NCBI GenBank assembly: GCA_963793455.1 | Contig: CAWCAK010000002.1 | Coordinates: 128,513 to 192,512 of the forward strand | DNA length: 64,000 nucleotides | DNA from: an uncultured Bacteroidota bacterium | Lineage (GTDB): Bacteria > Bacteroidota > Bacteroidia > Bacteroidales > GCA-2748055 | Reading direction: 5' to 3' | Shown: positions 28,301 through 37,852 of the stretch, piece by piece | Layout: each line of letters starts with the position of its first letter | Numbering within the stretch: position 1 is the first letter of the stretch | The notes under the pieces: model-generated | The model's database searches: none | Seen by the model: only the letters and a program-made list of their open reading frames with translations | What the model was told of the DNA's origin: nothing | Translations under genes and position numbers: made by a program

Positions 28301-28876
28301 AGAATTCACAGGTGGCAGCCAATGGGATGGTTTGACGTCCAGTGACAAGGCATATTGCTGGTATGACAACTCAACCACCAACCGGGATACATATGGAGGG
28401 ATGTATACTTGGGCAGCCGCCATGAATGGTGCCGGGGGGAGTGATTCCAATCCCAGTGGAGTGCAAGGTGTTTGCCCCGATGGTTGGCATGTGCCCAGCG
28501 ATTCGGAGTTGAAGGAGTTGGAGATGAATCTGGGGATGAGTCAGTCGGATGCAGAGATATGGAATTGAGGGGTACTGATGATGGGGGCAAGTTAAAAGGA
28601 GAAGGAACAGCCCATTGGAAAAGTCCCAAATACCGGGGCCACAAATGAGAGTGGTTTCACTGCTCATTCCGGGCGGTTATACAGTGGAATAGTGAAGTTA
28701 CTCGTTCTGAAAATGCGAGATGCTACTCATCTCCCATCTTTCTGGGTCGGGCGGTGAGAGGTTTCTCCCGAACTGCCGGGCCATTTGCCGACAACCGCTG
28801 GATTTCAACTCGTCGTTTACCGATGAATATTTTTATAAGGTACCATGGATTATCAGTCCGTTGCGTCAAGGACTGA
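25378..28876 (+). pseudogene. Repeat-module + FISUMP-domain lipoprotein, paralog 1, with at least 10 frame disruptions
   Basis: It has a lipoprotein signal (VLAASC) and 9 modules of about 100 aa, each ending in a YY[VI]RAYATN.(A/S)GT.YG motif. A FISUMP domain follows ([41 protein letters not shown], ...GLSVRCVKD* ending at 28874-28876). The reading frame has to be switched about ten times. The track ORFs 25378-25602, 25533-27305, 27100-27294, 27302-27607, 27661-27864, 27895-28335 and 28248-28568 are all pieces of it. Confidence 0.8.
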
Positions 28877-29552
28877 GTTGTGCACAGGCGCTGATTAAGG
28901 GTACGGAGGCGCACTGTACCATTTACAACTTAATCAGCCAACTATAATCAAGATGGTGGGCTGTAAGATGCCACTGACTATCCTGAAGGGAACGAGCCTT
29001 GACCGTTGAACGGGCACACCAAGGAGGACTCACCACGATCTAGAAGCATCAGGAGAACTTACAGGGCTGATCCACCGGCAGGGGCTATCAGGAGAACCTG
29101 TCAAACCACCTTACGGTGCTTTTATCTAAGGATAGAGGTATTGAGCGGTTAAGGAAAAGGGGTGCTGAAAGAAGCACTTCAGGTGAGTATGCAGGAGCTG
29201 AACGAAAGTGAACTGTCCGATGAGGTGTCGAAATTGATAGAGACAGTGTCAGAAACCGGGGGAACTTAGTCTGTCCCGGGAAGAGTGCAGGGGTTACCTG
29301 AGAGATAAACTGCCTGCACTGGCACTCGGCATACAGGCAGCAGGAACTGTACACGGGCTTGATTATGGAACTGTGGAAGCCAGACAGTAATGCAAATCGA
29401 AACGGCACAAGCGGAGAACCCGTGAGGCCAAAAGTAGAGAGGTATTGTCTGGTGGCGGATGAAGCTGTAGTAGTGAAGAAGTTCCTGTAATGGGGATGGA
29501 GCGAAGGGCTTCACCAGACGGATTTTAACGAGAGCAACAACTTCAGACAAGG

Positions 29553-30804
29553 ATGATTGAGGAGTTAAAATCGAAGACTCAACCAGTAAGTAAAGAACAG
29601 GTATGGTCGGCGTGGAAGCGGATCAGGAAAGGCGGTCAGGGCATGGGTGTAGACCATGTCGGGATCGACCAGATCGATGCAAATCCACGTAAATACCTGT
29701 ATCCTTTGTGGAACAGGCTTGCCAGCGGGAGTTATTTTCCCCCACCGGTCAAGGAGGTGCTCATTCCCAAGGGAAAAGTCAAGAAGCGTATGCTGGGTGT
29801 ACCCACCGTTTTGGATAGGGTAGCACAGGAGGTGATCCGGGCAGAACTGGAGAAAACAGTCGAGCCGAGGTTCCATCCCAGTTCATTTGGTTATCGTCCG
29901 GGCAAGAGTGCCCACGATGCCGTTGAACAGTGTGCAAGGAACTGTTGGGAGCGATGGTATGTAGTAGACCTGGATATCAAAGGCTTCTTTGACAACATAG
30001 ACCATGGACGGATGATGTCGATCTTGCGGAAGCACACGGATCAGAAGCATGTCCTACTCTATTGCGAGAGATGGTTAAAAGCACCGGTACGCAGGCAAAA
30101 TGGGGAACTGCAAACAAGGAGCAAGGGTACACCGCAGGGCGGGGTGCTCAGCCCGTTGTTAGCGAACCTCTACCTGCACGAGGCTTTTGACCAGTGGCTG
30201 GCAGATACGCAGCCACGCATCGTGTTCGAGAGATATGCTGATGACATTGTGATCCACACAAGAAGTCATGGAGCAATCCCACTTCATACTGGATAAGCTG
30301 AAAGCAAGGTTGAAGGAGTACTCACTGGAGGTACACCCGGAGAAGACAAGGATAGTATACTGCTATCGTACCGCCAGGTTTTTCAAGGAAAAGAAGGACA
30401 TCCCGGTGTCCTTCGACTTTCTGGGATTTACCTTTAAACCCAGGCTCTGCGAGAAATCGAACGGGGAAAAGTTCTGGGGTTATCGACCAGCGATAAGTAT
30501 GAAGAGCCAGAAGAAGATCATCGGTGAACTGAGGAAGTTATCTATACATAACTGGGTGTCGGAAGACATCCAGAGTTTAGCCAATACCTTGCACCAAAAA
30601 TCAGAGGCTGGATCAATTACTTTGGACGCTTCCGCCTGTCCGAAATGCAATGGGTATTTAGATTGCTAAATGTCCGGATAGCAAAATGGGTCAGGAAGAA
30701 GTACAAGCTGCAGGACTTATGCCAAGTCATATGGCTGGCTAAAGCGTATGATAAAGTGGTATCCTAACACTTTTGTCCATTGGACTTATGGATTTACTGT
30801 GTAA
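29553..30804 (+). pseudogene. Group II intron reverse transcriptase/maturase, broken by three frameshifts
   Basis: RT motifs are present: LIPKGKVKKRMLGVPTVLDRVAQ, FGYRPGKSAHDA, VVDLDIKGFFDNIDH, GTPQGGVLSPLLANLYL and YADDIVIH. The thumb/X domain continues in shifted frames with LGFTFKP, KIRGWINYFGRF, IAKWVRKKYK and WYPNTFVHWTYGFTV* (stop at 30802-30804). Frame changes lie near 30270-30296, 30605 and 30715. No endonuclease domain is evident. Confidence 0.85.
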
Positions 30805-30816
30805 GTTTGTCTGGAA

Positions 30817-30850
30817 GAGCCGTATGACGGGAGACTGTCACGTACGGTTC
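30817..30850 (+). ncRNA. Group II intron domain V
   Basis: The sequence is GAGCCGTATGACGGGAGACTGTCACGTACGGTTC. When folded by hand, bases 1-9 pair with 26-34, with the AGC triad at positions 2-4. There is a 2-nt CA bulge, bases 10-14 pair with 19-23, and the loop is a GAGA tetraloop. It is exactly 34 nt. Confidence 0.9.
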
Positions 30851-30931
30851 TGTGAGAGGCTGGGGGTGAAACTCCCCCGGCCTACTCAACGTGCGCATAT
30901 CTTGTTTGTATGAATAGAAAAAACTGAATCG

Positions 30932-33421
30932 ATGAAAAAGGTTGAAATTATCAGCGGGGTGGTCAGGTTTTCGAAGCTGGCCCTGGTCCTGGGTCTCCTG
31001 ATGGTTGCTTCATGCACCGATCCGGAGGAAGAGGTAGTGGTCAAGGTCACCATCGAAGCAATTCCCGATGTGGGCTATCAATATTGTGTTATCGAGGGGA
31101 ATATTGTAGACCTGGGGGGCAGTGAACTGGACCAGCACGGTTTCTGCTACGGATTGACAGAAAATCCGACCGTGTCGGACCAGCTGTCGGGCCTTGGAAA
31201 AAGATCAACAACCGGCATTTACAGGGATTCCATCACCGGGCTTTCACCGGGCACGAAATATTACATCAAGGCATACGCAGAGGCGTCCGGTATCACTTTC
31301 TATGCTGATCAGAGATCATTTACCACAAAAACCCTGGCGGTACCCACACTTATTACGAAACCGGCGGAGTCGATCACGGCCACCTCTGCCCGAACGGGAG
31401 GGGATATTACTGATAATGGTGGTTCCCCGGTCACCGCAAGAGGAGTGTGCTGGGATACATCGAACAATCCTTCACTTTCGGGTTCTTATTCGGAGGATGG
31501 TACCGGGACAGGCAGTTTCACCAGTCAGCTTTCGGGATTGTTGTGCAATACCACCTATTACATCCGGGCTTACGCCACGAACACGACTGGTTCAGCCTAC
31601 GGCCAGGTCCAGAGCTTCACCACGGGCGATTGCACCACGGACATACCTGTGGTCACCACCTCCGATGCCAGTAATGTGACCAGTAACAGCGCCCTATGCG
31701 GGGGAGTGGTAACAGATGAAGGGGGAGCGGCCATCACTGCCAGGGGTGTCTGCTACGGGACTTCCCAGAATCCGACCGTATACGGTACCCATACCACCGA
31801 ACCGGGCGGAACAGGCACCTTTACAAGCCAGTTGTCAGGATTGGACTGTGCCACAGCCTATTATATCAGGGCATACGCCACCAACAGCCTGGGCACCTCC
31901 TATGGTGATCAGAAGAGCTTTACCACTGCTGCATGTGGGGCCGGCTTACCGGAAGTGACCACGGCATCTTTATCCTCCATTACGGAAACTTCAGCCCTGG
32001 GTGGGGGGAACGTGACCGGTGAAGGAGGATCACCCGTAACCACCAGGGGGGTCTGCTGGAGTGTTTCCTCGGGTCCGACCACCGGTGACAACCTCACCGT
32101 TGACGGGAGTGGCACAGGGACCTTTGCAAGCCAGCTATCGGGGCTCAACTGCGGGGCCACTTACTATGTCAGGGCCTATGCCACCAACAGTGCAGGGACC
32201 GCGTACGGGTCAGAATTGCAGTTTACCACCAGTGCATGCAGTGGAGGAATGCCCGTTGTGACAACCTCCGCCATCAGCGGGATCACCGAATCGGGTGCCC
32301 AGGGCGGTGGAAACGTGACTGATGAGGGAGGATCACCGGTCACTGTCAGGGGGGTATGCTGGAACACCAGTACGAATCCCACATTTGCAGATGGCCATAC
32401 GGTGGACGGGAGCGGTACGGGGATCTTTGAGAGCGCTATCACCGGTCTGGCCTGCAATACCACCTATTACGTCAGGGCCTATGCCGCCAATACGTCGGGA
32501 ACTGCCTACGGCGACCAGGTCACTTTTACCACCGGCAACTGTCCCTCGGGCATTCCGGTAGTCTCCACCTTTGTCATCAATAACATTACCGGTTCCTCAG
32601 CCCAGGGCGGGGGGAATGTGTCTGATGATGGGGGCTCAACAGTCACAGCCAGGGGCGTATGCTGGAGCACTTCCAACAATCCTGACCTCTCTGGAGATCA
32701 TACGGTGGACGGATCCGGAACAGGCGTCTTCACAAGCCAGATGACCGGGTTAAATTGCAATACCACCTATTATGTCAGGGCCTACGCCGTGAATCCGGCA
32801 GGGACCGCTTACGGGCAGGAGGTCACTTTTACCACGGGAACCTGCCTCCCAACCCTGACCACCGCGGAGGTCACCGGCATTACCGGTACCACTGCCACCG
32901 CGGGAGGGGATATATCCTCTGATGGAGGAAGTGCAGTCACCGCCAGGGGTGTCTGCTGGAGCACCTCACCCGAAGCAACAACCAATGACAACTTGACCAA
33001 CGATGGAACCGGAACCGGCAGTTATACCAGCGAGTTGACCGGCCTTGAATGCAACACCACTTATTACATGCGGGCCTATGCCACCAATGATGCCGGTACG
33101 GCGTATGGTCAGGAACGGCAGTTTACTAGCGCTGAATGTCCTGTGGATTTTCCCACGGTAACCACCGCCTCCATCAGCAACATTACCATGAATTCGGCCA
33201 CGGGAGGGGGCGAAGTAACCGGTGACGGGGGAGGCACCGTTTCTGCCAGGGGCATCTGCTGGAGCACCTCGCCCGGTCCGACCTTCAACGACAGCCACAC
33301 CGATGAGGGTGGAGGGACGGGTGCATTCCCCAGCGACCTCACGGGACTCTCATGCGGTACCACCTATTACGTAAAGCATACGCTACCAACGAAGCCGGGA
33401 CAGCGTACGGTTCGGAGGTGA
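30932..33421 (+). CDS. Repeat-module + FISUMP-domain lipoprotein, paralog 2, N-terminal part
   Basis: 829 aa with a lipoprotein signal (LLMVASC) and eight ~100-aa modules (VTT..IT.TSA.GGG.VT.DGGS.VTARGVCWSTS.NP......T.DGSGTG.F.S.LTGL.CNTTYYVRAYA.N.AGTAYG). It ends out of frame inside the eighth module (TTYYVKHTLPTKPGQRTVRR*). Confidence 0.8.
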   Translation: MKKVEIISGVVRFSKLALVLGLLMVASCTDPEEEVVVKVTIEAIPDVGYQYCVIEGNIVDLGGSELDQHGFCYGLTENPTVSDQLSGLGKRSTTGIYRDSITGLSPGTKYYIKAYAEASGITFYADQRSFTTKTLAVPTLITKPAESITATSARTGGDITDNGGSPVTARGVCWDTSNNPSLSGSYSEDGTGTGSFTSQLSGLLCNTTYYIRAYATNTTGSAYGQVQSFTTGDCTTDIPVVTTSDASNVTSNSALCGGVVTDEGGAAITARGVCYGTSQNPTVYGTHTTEPGGTGTFTSQLSGLDCATAYYIRAYATNSLGTSYGDQKSFTTAACGAGLPEVTTASLSSITETSALGGGNVTGEGGSPVTTRGVCWSVSSGPTTGDNLTVDGSGTGTFASQLSGLNCGATYYVRAYATNSAGTAYGSELQFTTSACSGGMPVVTTSAISGITESGAQGGGNVTDEGGSPVTVRGVCWNTSTNPTFADGHTVDGSGTGIFESAITGLACNTTYYVRAYAANTSGTAYGDQVTFTTGNCPSGIPVVSTFVINNITGSSAQGGGNVSDDGGSTVTARGVCWSTSNNPDLSGDHTVDGSGTGVFTSQMTGLNCNTTYYVRAYAVNPAGTAYGQEVTFTTGTCLPTLTTAEVTGITGTTATAGGDISSDGGSAVTARGVCWSTSPEATTNDNLTNDGTGTGSYTSELTGLECNTTYYMRAYATNDAGTAYGQERQFTSAECPVDFPTVTTASISNITMNSATGGGEVTGDGGGTVSARGICWSTSPGPTFNDSHTDEGGGTGAFPSDLTGLSCGTTYYVKHTLPTKPGQRTVRR

Positions 33422-34400
33422 CCTTTATAACAGCCGATTGCCCGGTACCCACAGTAACCACCTCCTCCGTGACGGTGATATCTCCATTCTCGGCCACCGG
33501 CGGCGGAAACGTGACCGATGACGGGGGACTCCAGGTAACCGTGAGGGGTGTCTGCTGGAGCACCTCTCCCAACCCGAACGATACCCATCCCCGCACCGTG
33601 GACGGAAGTGGTACCGGGAGCTACACCAGTGCCATCAATGGACTAACACCCGAAACGACCTATTATCTACGGGCCTATGCCAAGAGCAGTGCCGGGACCG
33701 GCTATGGCGAGGAGGTTACATTCACCACCCCGGCGGAGACATTGACCGATATTGACGGGAATATCTACCAGATTGTGAAAATTGGCGATCAGACCTGGAT
33801 GGCTGAAAACCTGAAGGTCACCCACTATCCGGACGGGACAGCGATTCCGCTGGTGGAAAGCACATCCGCATGGGATGATCTGACTTACCTTGATAAGGCT
33901 TATTGTTGGTATGACAACAGCAGTGCCAACCGGGATGTGTATGGAGGGCTCTATACCTGGGCCGGGGCCATGAACGGGGAGGAATCCAGCGATTCCAATC
34001 CCAGCGGTGTCCAGGGTGTATGCCCCGACGGCTGGCATCTTCCCAGTGATGTGGAGTGGAAAGAATTGGAGATCTACCTGGGGATGAGCCAGGCTGATGC
34101 AGACAAGACCGGCTGGCGCGGCACCGATGAAGGGGGAAAGCTGAAGGAGGATGGGACTTCACACTGGAACAGCCCAAATACCGGGGCCACCAATGAGAGC
34201 GGTTTTACTGCCCTTCCCGGTGGTTTCCGATTCCATACCGGTGATTTCAGCGAACTGGGCAGTGTGGGCCAATTCCATACATCCACATTTTTCTTTGAGA
34301 TCTATTGTGAGACCCGCAAACTTGACAAGGACCATGCGGACGTGGAAAAAAGCCATTATGACTTCGAGTTCGGGCTTCTGTGAGGTGTATACGGGATTAA
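33352..34400 (+). CDS. Repeat-module + FISUMP-domain lipoprotein, paralog 2, C-terminal part
   Basis: Continues with AYATNEAGTAYGSEVTF, a ninth module, then the FISUMP domain ([45 protein letters not shown]). Track ORF 33352..34383 ends at the TGA at 34381-34383, but a one-base shift in a GGG run gives ...FEFGASVRCIRD* ending at 34400. Confidence 0.8.
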
Positions 34401-34475
34401 TGTGAGCCGAGAAGAACAGATCAAAAGGTTGCACAGGCGCAAATGAGGGTAAAATAATTCTATCTTAGAGATTTC

Positions 34476-35156
34476 ATGAGGTTGATTCTTGCATTGGGAC
34501 TCCTGGTATGTATGGCCGGCATTTCGGCCGGTCAGACCCGTCTGCTCCATGGCAGGCTGACAGCATTCAACGCCTATCCGGTCAGCAACCTGGAGGTTAC
34601 TGCCAAAAAAGCAAAGTCGTCTGTAGAGACCGATTCATCAGGGTGGTTTGCCATAGAGTGCAGGGAGAATGATGTGGTCCGGATCCGGTCAAAGATATTC
34701 AGGGATGTGAACCTCAGGCTCAACGAACAGACCGATACCGTGCTGCTTAACCTTGTTTTCCTGGATCAGGGGGAAAACCGGAAAGTCGCTACAGGTTATG
34801 GGTACATGCGGGAGGAGGACCTGGCTTTTGCTGTAAACCACCTGGACCACCAGAACAATGATTTCTGCAATTACGAGAATGTGTATGAACTGATTGAAGG
34901 CCGGTTCCCCGGGGTGATCGTCGAATACAGCGGGAACAGCGGATCCATCTTCATCAGGGGCAGCAGGTCCGCCGGGGGATCCAGTCCCAGGGCCCTCACC
35001 GTGGTGGATGGCATCATCCAGGGGGGCATCGGCTGGGTCCACCCCTGTGACATCAGTTCGGTGGATATTATCAAGGACGGCATGACGGCCATGTACGGAT
35101 CCCGGGGAGCCAACGGGGTGGTGGTGATCGAAACCCGCTTTGGATCCGGGTATTAA
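34476..35156 (+). CDS. Stand-alone carboxypeptidase-regulatory-like + TonB-dependent-receptor plug domain protein (no barrel)
   Basis: 226 aa with a signal peptide. Contains LHGRLTAFNAYPVSNLEVTAK...TDSSGWFAIEC (CarboxypepD_reg-like), then a plug signature: IEGRFPGVIVEYSG.SGSIFIRGSRS, LTVVDGI and DISSVDIIKDGMTAMYGSRGANGVVVIETR. The ORF stops there and no beta-barrel follows. Confidence 0.7.
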   Translation: MRLILALGLLVCMAGISAGQTRLLHGRLTAFNAYPVSNLEVTAKKAKSSVETDSSGWFAIECRENDVVRIRSKIFRDVNLRLNEQTDTVLLNLVFLDQGENRKVATGYGYMREEDLAFAVNHLDHQNNDFCNYENVYELIEGRFPGVIVEYSGNSGSIFIRGSRSAGGSSPRALTVVDGIIQGGIGWVHPCDISSVDIIKDGMTAMYGSRGANGVVVIETRFGSGY

Positions 35157-35232
35157 TGGCGGTATGGTCGCCCTGTTTTTGTATATTTCGGAGCCAAATC
35201 TCAAACCTCCCATCCAAAACCACTGACTCTCC

Positions 35233-36879
35233 ATGAGGAACCATGTATCCCTGAAAGCCTTTGTTGTATTGGCAATATCCATGGTGACGGGTTGCCAGGA
35301 GATGGGTGTCAGGGTGGAGACCGGGGATGCAACCGGGATCACCTACAACACGGCAACACTGAACGGATCGGTTGAGGACCTGGAGGGATCTACGGCTGAC
35401 CGGCACGGGTTCGCCTATGCTAAAACGGAGCATCCCACGGTGGATAATAACCTGAAGGTGGAGCTGGGAGAGAAGGGTTCAGGCGGTGAATTCAACGCCG
35501 CCATTGCCGGCCTTAGAAGCAATACAACCTACTGGTTCAGGGCTTTTGCCGAGGTCTCCGGGGAGATCACCTACGGTGAACAGCGCTCCTTCACCACACT
35601 GAGGGTGGATGCCCCGGTCCTGGCCATTGACTCCATTGCAGAGATAACCCTCAGCTCGGTGAAGATCGCTGTTACTGTCATCAGTGACGGGGGAGCCGGG
35701 GTGGTGGCCAGGGGTGTTTGCCTGGGTACAACGCAGAATCCTACGCTGATTAACAGCCACACCGAGGATGGTACAGGGACAGGAAGTTTTACCAGCGGGT
35801 TTTCCGGTCTGGAATGCGGTACCACCTATTATGTCAGGGCATATGCAACCAATAATGCCACTACCGCATACAGTACGCAGGTGAATTTCGCTACCCTTGA
35901 CTGTCCTCCGGGGCCCCCGGGGGTAAGTACAAGGGGGGTGAGCAGCACTACCCGGACCTCCACCGTGTCGGGGGGAAATGTGAGCGGTGACGGGGGTGCT
36001 CCTGTGAGTGCGAGGGGGGTTTGCTGGAGTACGTTACCGGATCCAACGGTTGCGGACGATCATACGACAGATGGCAGCGGAACCGGGAATTTCACCAGCC
36101 AGGTCACCGGGTTGACCACCGGTACAACATATTACATACGGGCCTATGCAGTAAACAGCCTGGGTACAGGATACGGCAATACGGTCTCGTTCACCACCAG
36201 GGCAGATCCTGTGACCGACCATGACGGGAATGTGTATGAAACAGTGATCATCGGCGAACAGACGTGGATGGCGGAAAACCTGAAAGTGACGCATTACGCG
36301 GACGGAACTGCCATTGAATATGTCCCGGATACGGTGGACTGGGAATACCTGGCCTCCCGTGAAAAGGCATATAGCTATTATGCCAACGATTCAGCGTTCG
36401 GGGATACCTATGGATATTTGTATACCAGTGCAGCTGCCAGGAACGGATTAAGCGACATTGAATCAAATCCAAGCGGTATTCAGGGTGTTTGCCCGGATGG
36501 CTGGCACATTCCAAGTGATGCGGAGTGGATACAACTGGAGGTGGTGCTGGGGATGGATCCGTCCACGGCCACCCGGATGGACTGGAGGGGATCCCCCGTG
36601 GGGAACCGGCTGAAAGCGACAGAAGCAGAACACTGGAACACAGAGGAAGGCACAAATACATCCGGTTTTACCGGCCTGGGAGCCGGTTACCGCAATACAG
36701 CTGGAGCATATATGAACCTGTACGACAGGGCCTATTTCTGGTCAGCCACTGCAGGAGGGGATGACCGGTACTGCTTCGTGCGCATACTGGGTGCCACAGA
36801 ACCGGGGGTTGGCAGGTTCAGGTATAGTGTGGACAGCCACGGGTGCTCTGTCAGATGCGTGAAGGATCCGGCTAACTGA
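35233..36879 (+). CDS. Repeat-module + FISUMP-domain lipoprotein, paralog 3 (intact, three modules)
   Basis: 548 aa with a lipoprotein signal (SMVTGC) and three modules (TTYWFRAFAEVSG, TTYYVRAYATNNAT, TTYYIRAYAVNSLG). The FISUMP domain has [31 protein letters not shown] and [12 protein letters not shown]. Confidence 0.85.
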   Translation: MRNHVSLKAFVVLAISMVTGCQEMGVRVETGDATGITYNTATLNGSVEDLEGSTADRHGFAYAKTEHPTVDNNLKVELGEKGSGGEFNAAIAGLRSNTTYWFRAFAEVSGEITYGEQRSFTTLRVDAPVLAIDSIAEITLSSVKIAVTVISDGGAGVVARGVCLGTTQNPTLINSHTEDGTGTGSFTSGFSGLECGTTYYVRAYATNNATTAYSTQVNFATLDCPPGPPGVSTRGVSSTTRTSTVSGGNVSGDGGAPVSARGVCWSTLPDPTVADDHTTDGSGTGNFTSQVTGLTTGTTYYIRAYAVNSLGTGYGNTVSFTTRADPVTDHDGNVYETVIIGEQTWMAENLKVTHYADGTAIEYVPDTVDWEYLASREKAYSYYANDSAFGDTYGYLYTSAAARNGLSDIESNPSGIQGVCPDGWHIPSDAEWIQLEVVLGMDPSTATRMDWRGSPVGNRLKATEAEHWNTEEGTNTSGFTGLGAGYRNTAGAYMNLYDRAYFWSATAGGDDRYCFVRILGATEPGVGRFRYSVDSHGCSVRCVKDPAN

Positions 36880-37852
36880 TCCCTTCCACGATCATGGACC
36901 TGGCTTTTTCAAGGGCATGATCGATCCCGGCGGGATTTTTTCCGCCAGCAGTGGCAAAAAAGGGTTGCCCGCCACCACCTCCCTGAATCTCCTTCGATAT
37001 CTCACGGATGATGGTTGAGGCGTTCAGACCAAAATCCTTTACAACAGCATCGGAGAGCATCATCGAGAGATGCGCCTTTCCACCCACCTCGGCACCAAGC
37101 GCCAGGCAAACACCGGGGTAACGGGAACGGACCTGGAAGGAGAGGTCGCGGAGGTGTCCCGGGTTGTCAGTTTCGATACGGGAGGCCACAAGGAGCGTAT
37201 CCCCGATCTTTTCCATCTTGTTTTCCAGGGTCTTGGCGATAACCCCCAGCACATTTTTCTGGAAGCGTTCCACCTGTTTGGAGAGCTTGCTGTTCTCTTC
37301 CGCCATCCCTTTCACGGCTTTTACCAGGTCTTTCTGCTTCTCAAAAGTGGCAGCGATCTGACTGACCATGTCCATGTGTTCGTCAATGTACCGTTCAGCC
37401 GTCTCCCCAGTGAAGGCTTCGATGCGCCTGATCCCGGCTGCAATGGAGGATTCGCGGAAGATCCGGAAGATCCCGATCTGGCCGGTGGCTTTCACATGGG
37501 TTCCCCCGCACAATTCCACGGTATCTCCGAACTTGACGACCCTGACCGTGTCCCCGTATTTTTCTCCGAACAGGGCGATGGCGCCCATCTCCTGTGCCTT
37601 GCTCATGGGGACCGAGCGGTGCTCTTCCATGGGGCTGTTTTGCCTGATCATCCGGTTGACCTGCTGTTCCACCTCCCGCAGCTCCTGGTCAGTCAGCTTC
37701 TGGAAATGGCTGAAGTCGAACCTCAGGTAATCGGGCTCCACCAGGGATCCTTTCTGCTCCACATGTTCCCCCAGGACCTCCCTCAGTGCATGGTGCATGA
37801 GGTGTGTGGCAGTATGGTTGTTTGCGGTCTTTGTGCGCCTGTCCTTATTCAC
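36872..37852 (-). CDS. alaS: Alanine--tRNA ligase, C-terminal fragment (editing and C-Ala domains)
   Basis: Contains [47 protein letters not shown] and the C-terminal DHHA1-like region. It continues the ORF at 37845-39503. Confidence 0.9.
   Translation of the reverse strand: MNKDRRTKTANNHTATHLMHHALREVLGEHVEQKGSLVEPDYLRFDFSHFQKLTDQELREVEQQVNRMIRQNSPMEEHRSVPMSKAQEMGAIALFGEKYGDTVRVVKFGDTVELCGGTHVKATGQIGIFRIFRESSIAAGIRRIEAFTGETAERYIDEHMDMVSQIAATFEKQKDLVKAVKGMAEENSKLSKQVERFQKNVLGVIAKTLENKMEKIGDTLLVASRIETDNPGHLRDLSFQVRSRYPGVCLALGAEVGGKAHLSMMLSDAVVKDFGLNASTIIREISKEIQGGGGGQPFFATAGGKNPAGIDHALEKARSMIVEGIS

Larger units (their letters stand above)
28880..30890 (+). mobile_element. Bacterial group II intron (5' boundary approximate)
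   Basis: Canonical domain V at 30817-30850. A domain VI hairpin has a bulged A at 30884, and the 3' end ...CTCAAC is at 30890. The intron-encoded RT/maturase is in the expected domain IV position. Structured RNA occurs at the 5' side (10-bp stem GCTGATTAAG/CTTAATCAGC at 28890-28938). The putative 5' end is GTGCA at 28880, a non-consensus version of GTGYG. Confidence 0.8.

Noticed and set aside
28748-28790. Resemblance of GGTGAGAGGTTTCTCCCGAACTGCCGGG to domain I sequences of group IIC introns, suggesting the intron starts further upstream
   Set aside because: This stretch lies inside the reconstructed FISUMP C-terminal coding region, which has the expected length up to ...GLSVRCVKD* at 28876. 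The similarity is short and probably fortuitous.
28600-30900. Diversity-generating retroelement (RT next to the 3' end of a repeat-rich surface protein gene)
   Set aside because: The RT has the group II intron signature (GTPQGGVLSPLLANLYL, YADD, an X domain with RGWINYF) rather than the DGR-type motif 4. It is followed by a canonical domain V/VI. I saw no template/variable repeat pair with A-specific differences between the spacer and the FISUMP C-terminus.
30891-30931. Possible twintron or second intron, because the 3' flank begins GTGCG (30891-30895)
   Set aside because: Only 41 nt separate it from the start codon of paralog 2. No second domain V or RT follows, so the match to the 5' consensus is most likely coincidental exon sequence.
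37845-37852. Programmed ribosomal frameshift in alaS
   Set aside because: There is no slippery heptamer or downstream structure at the site (GCG GTA GGT GAA). Many other genes in the window show similar single-base breaks, so a technical indel is the simpler explanation.
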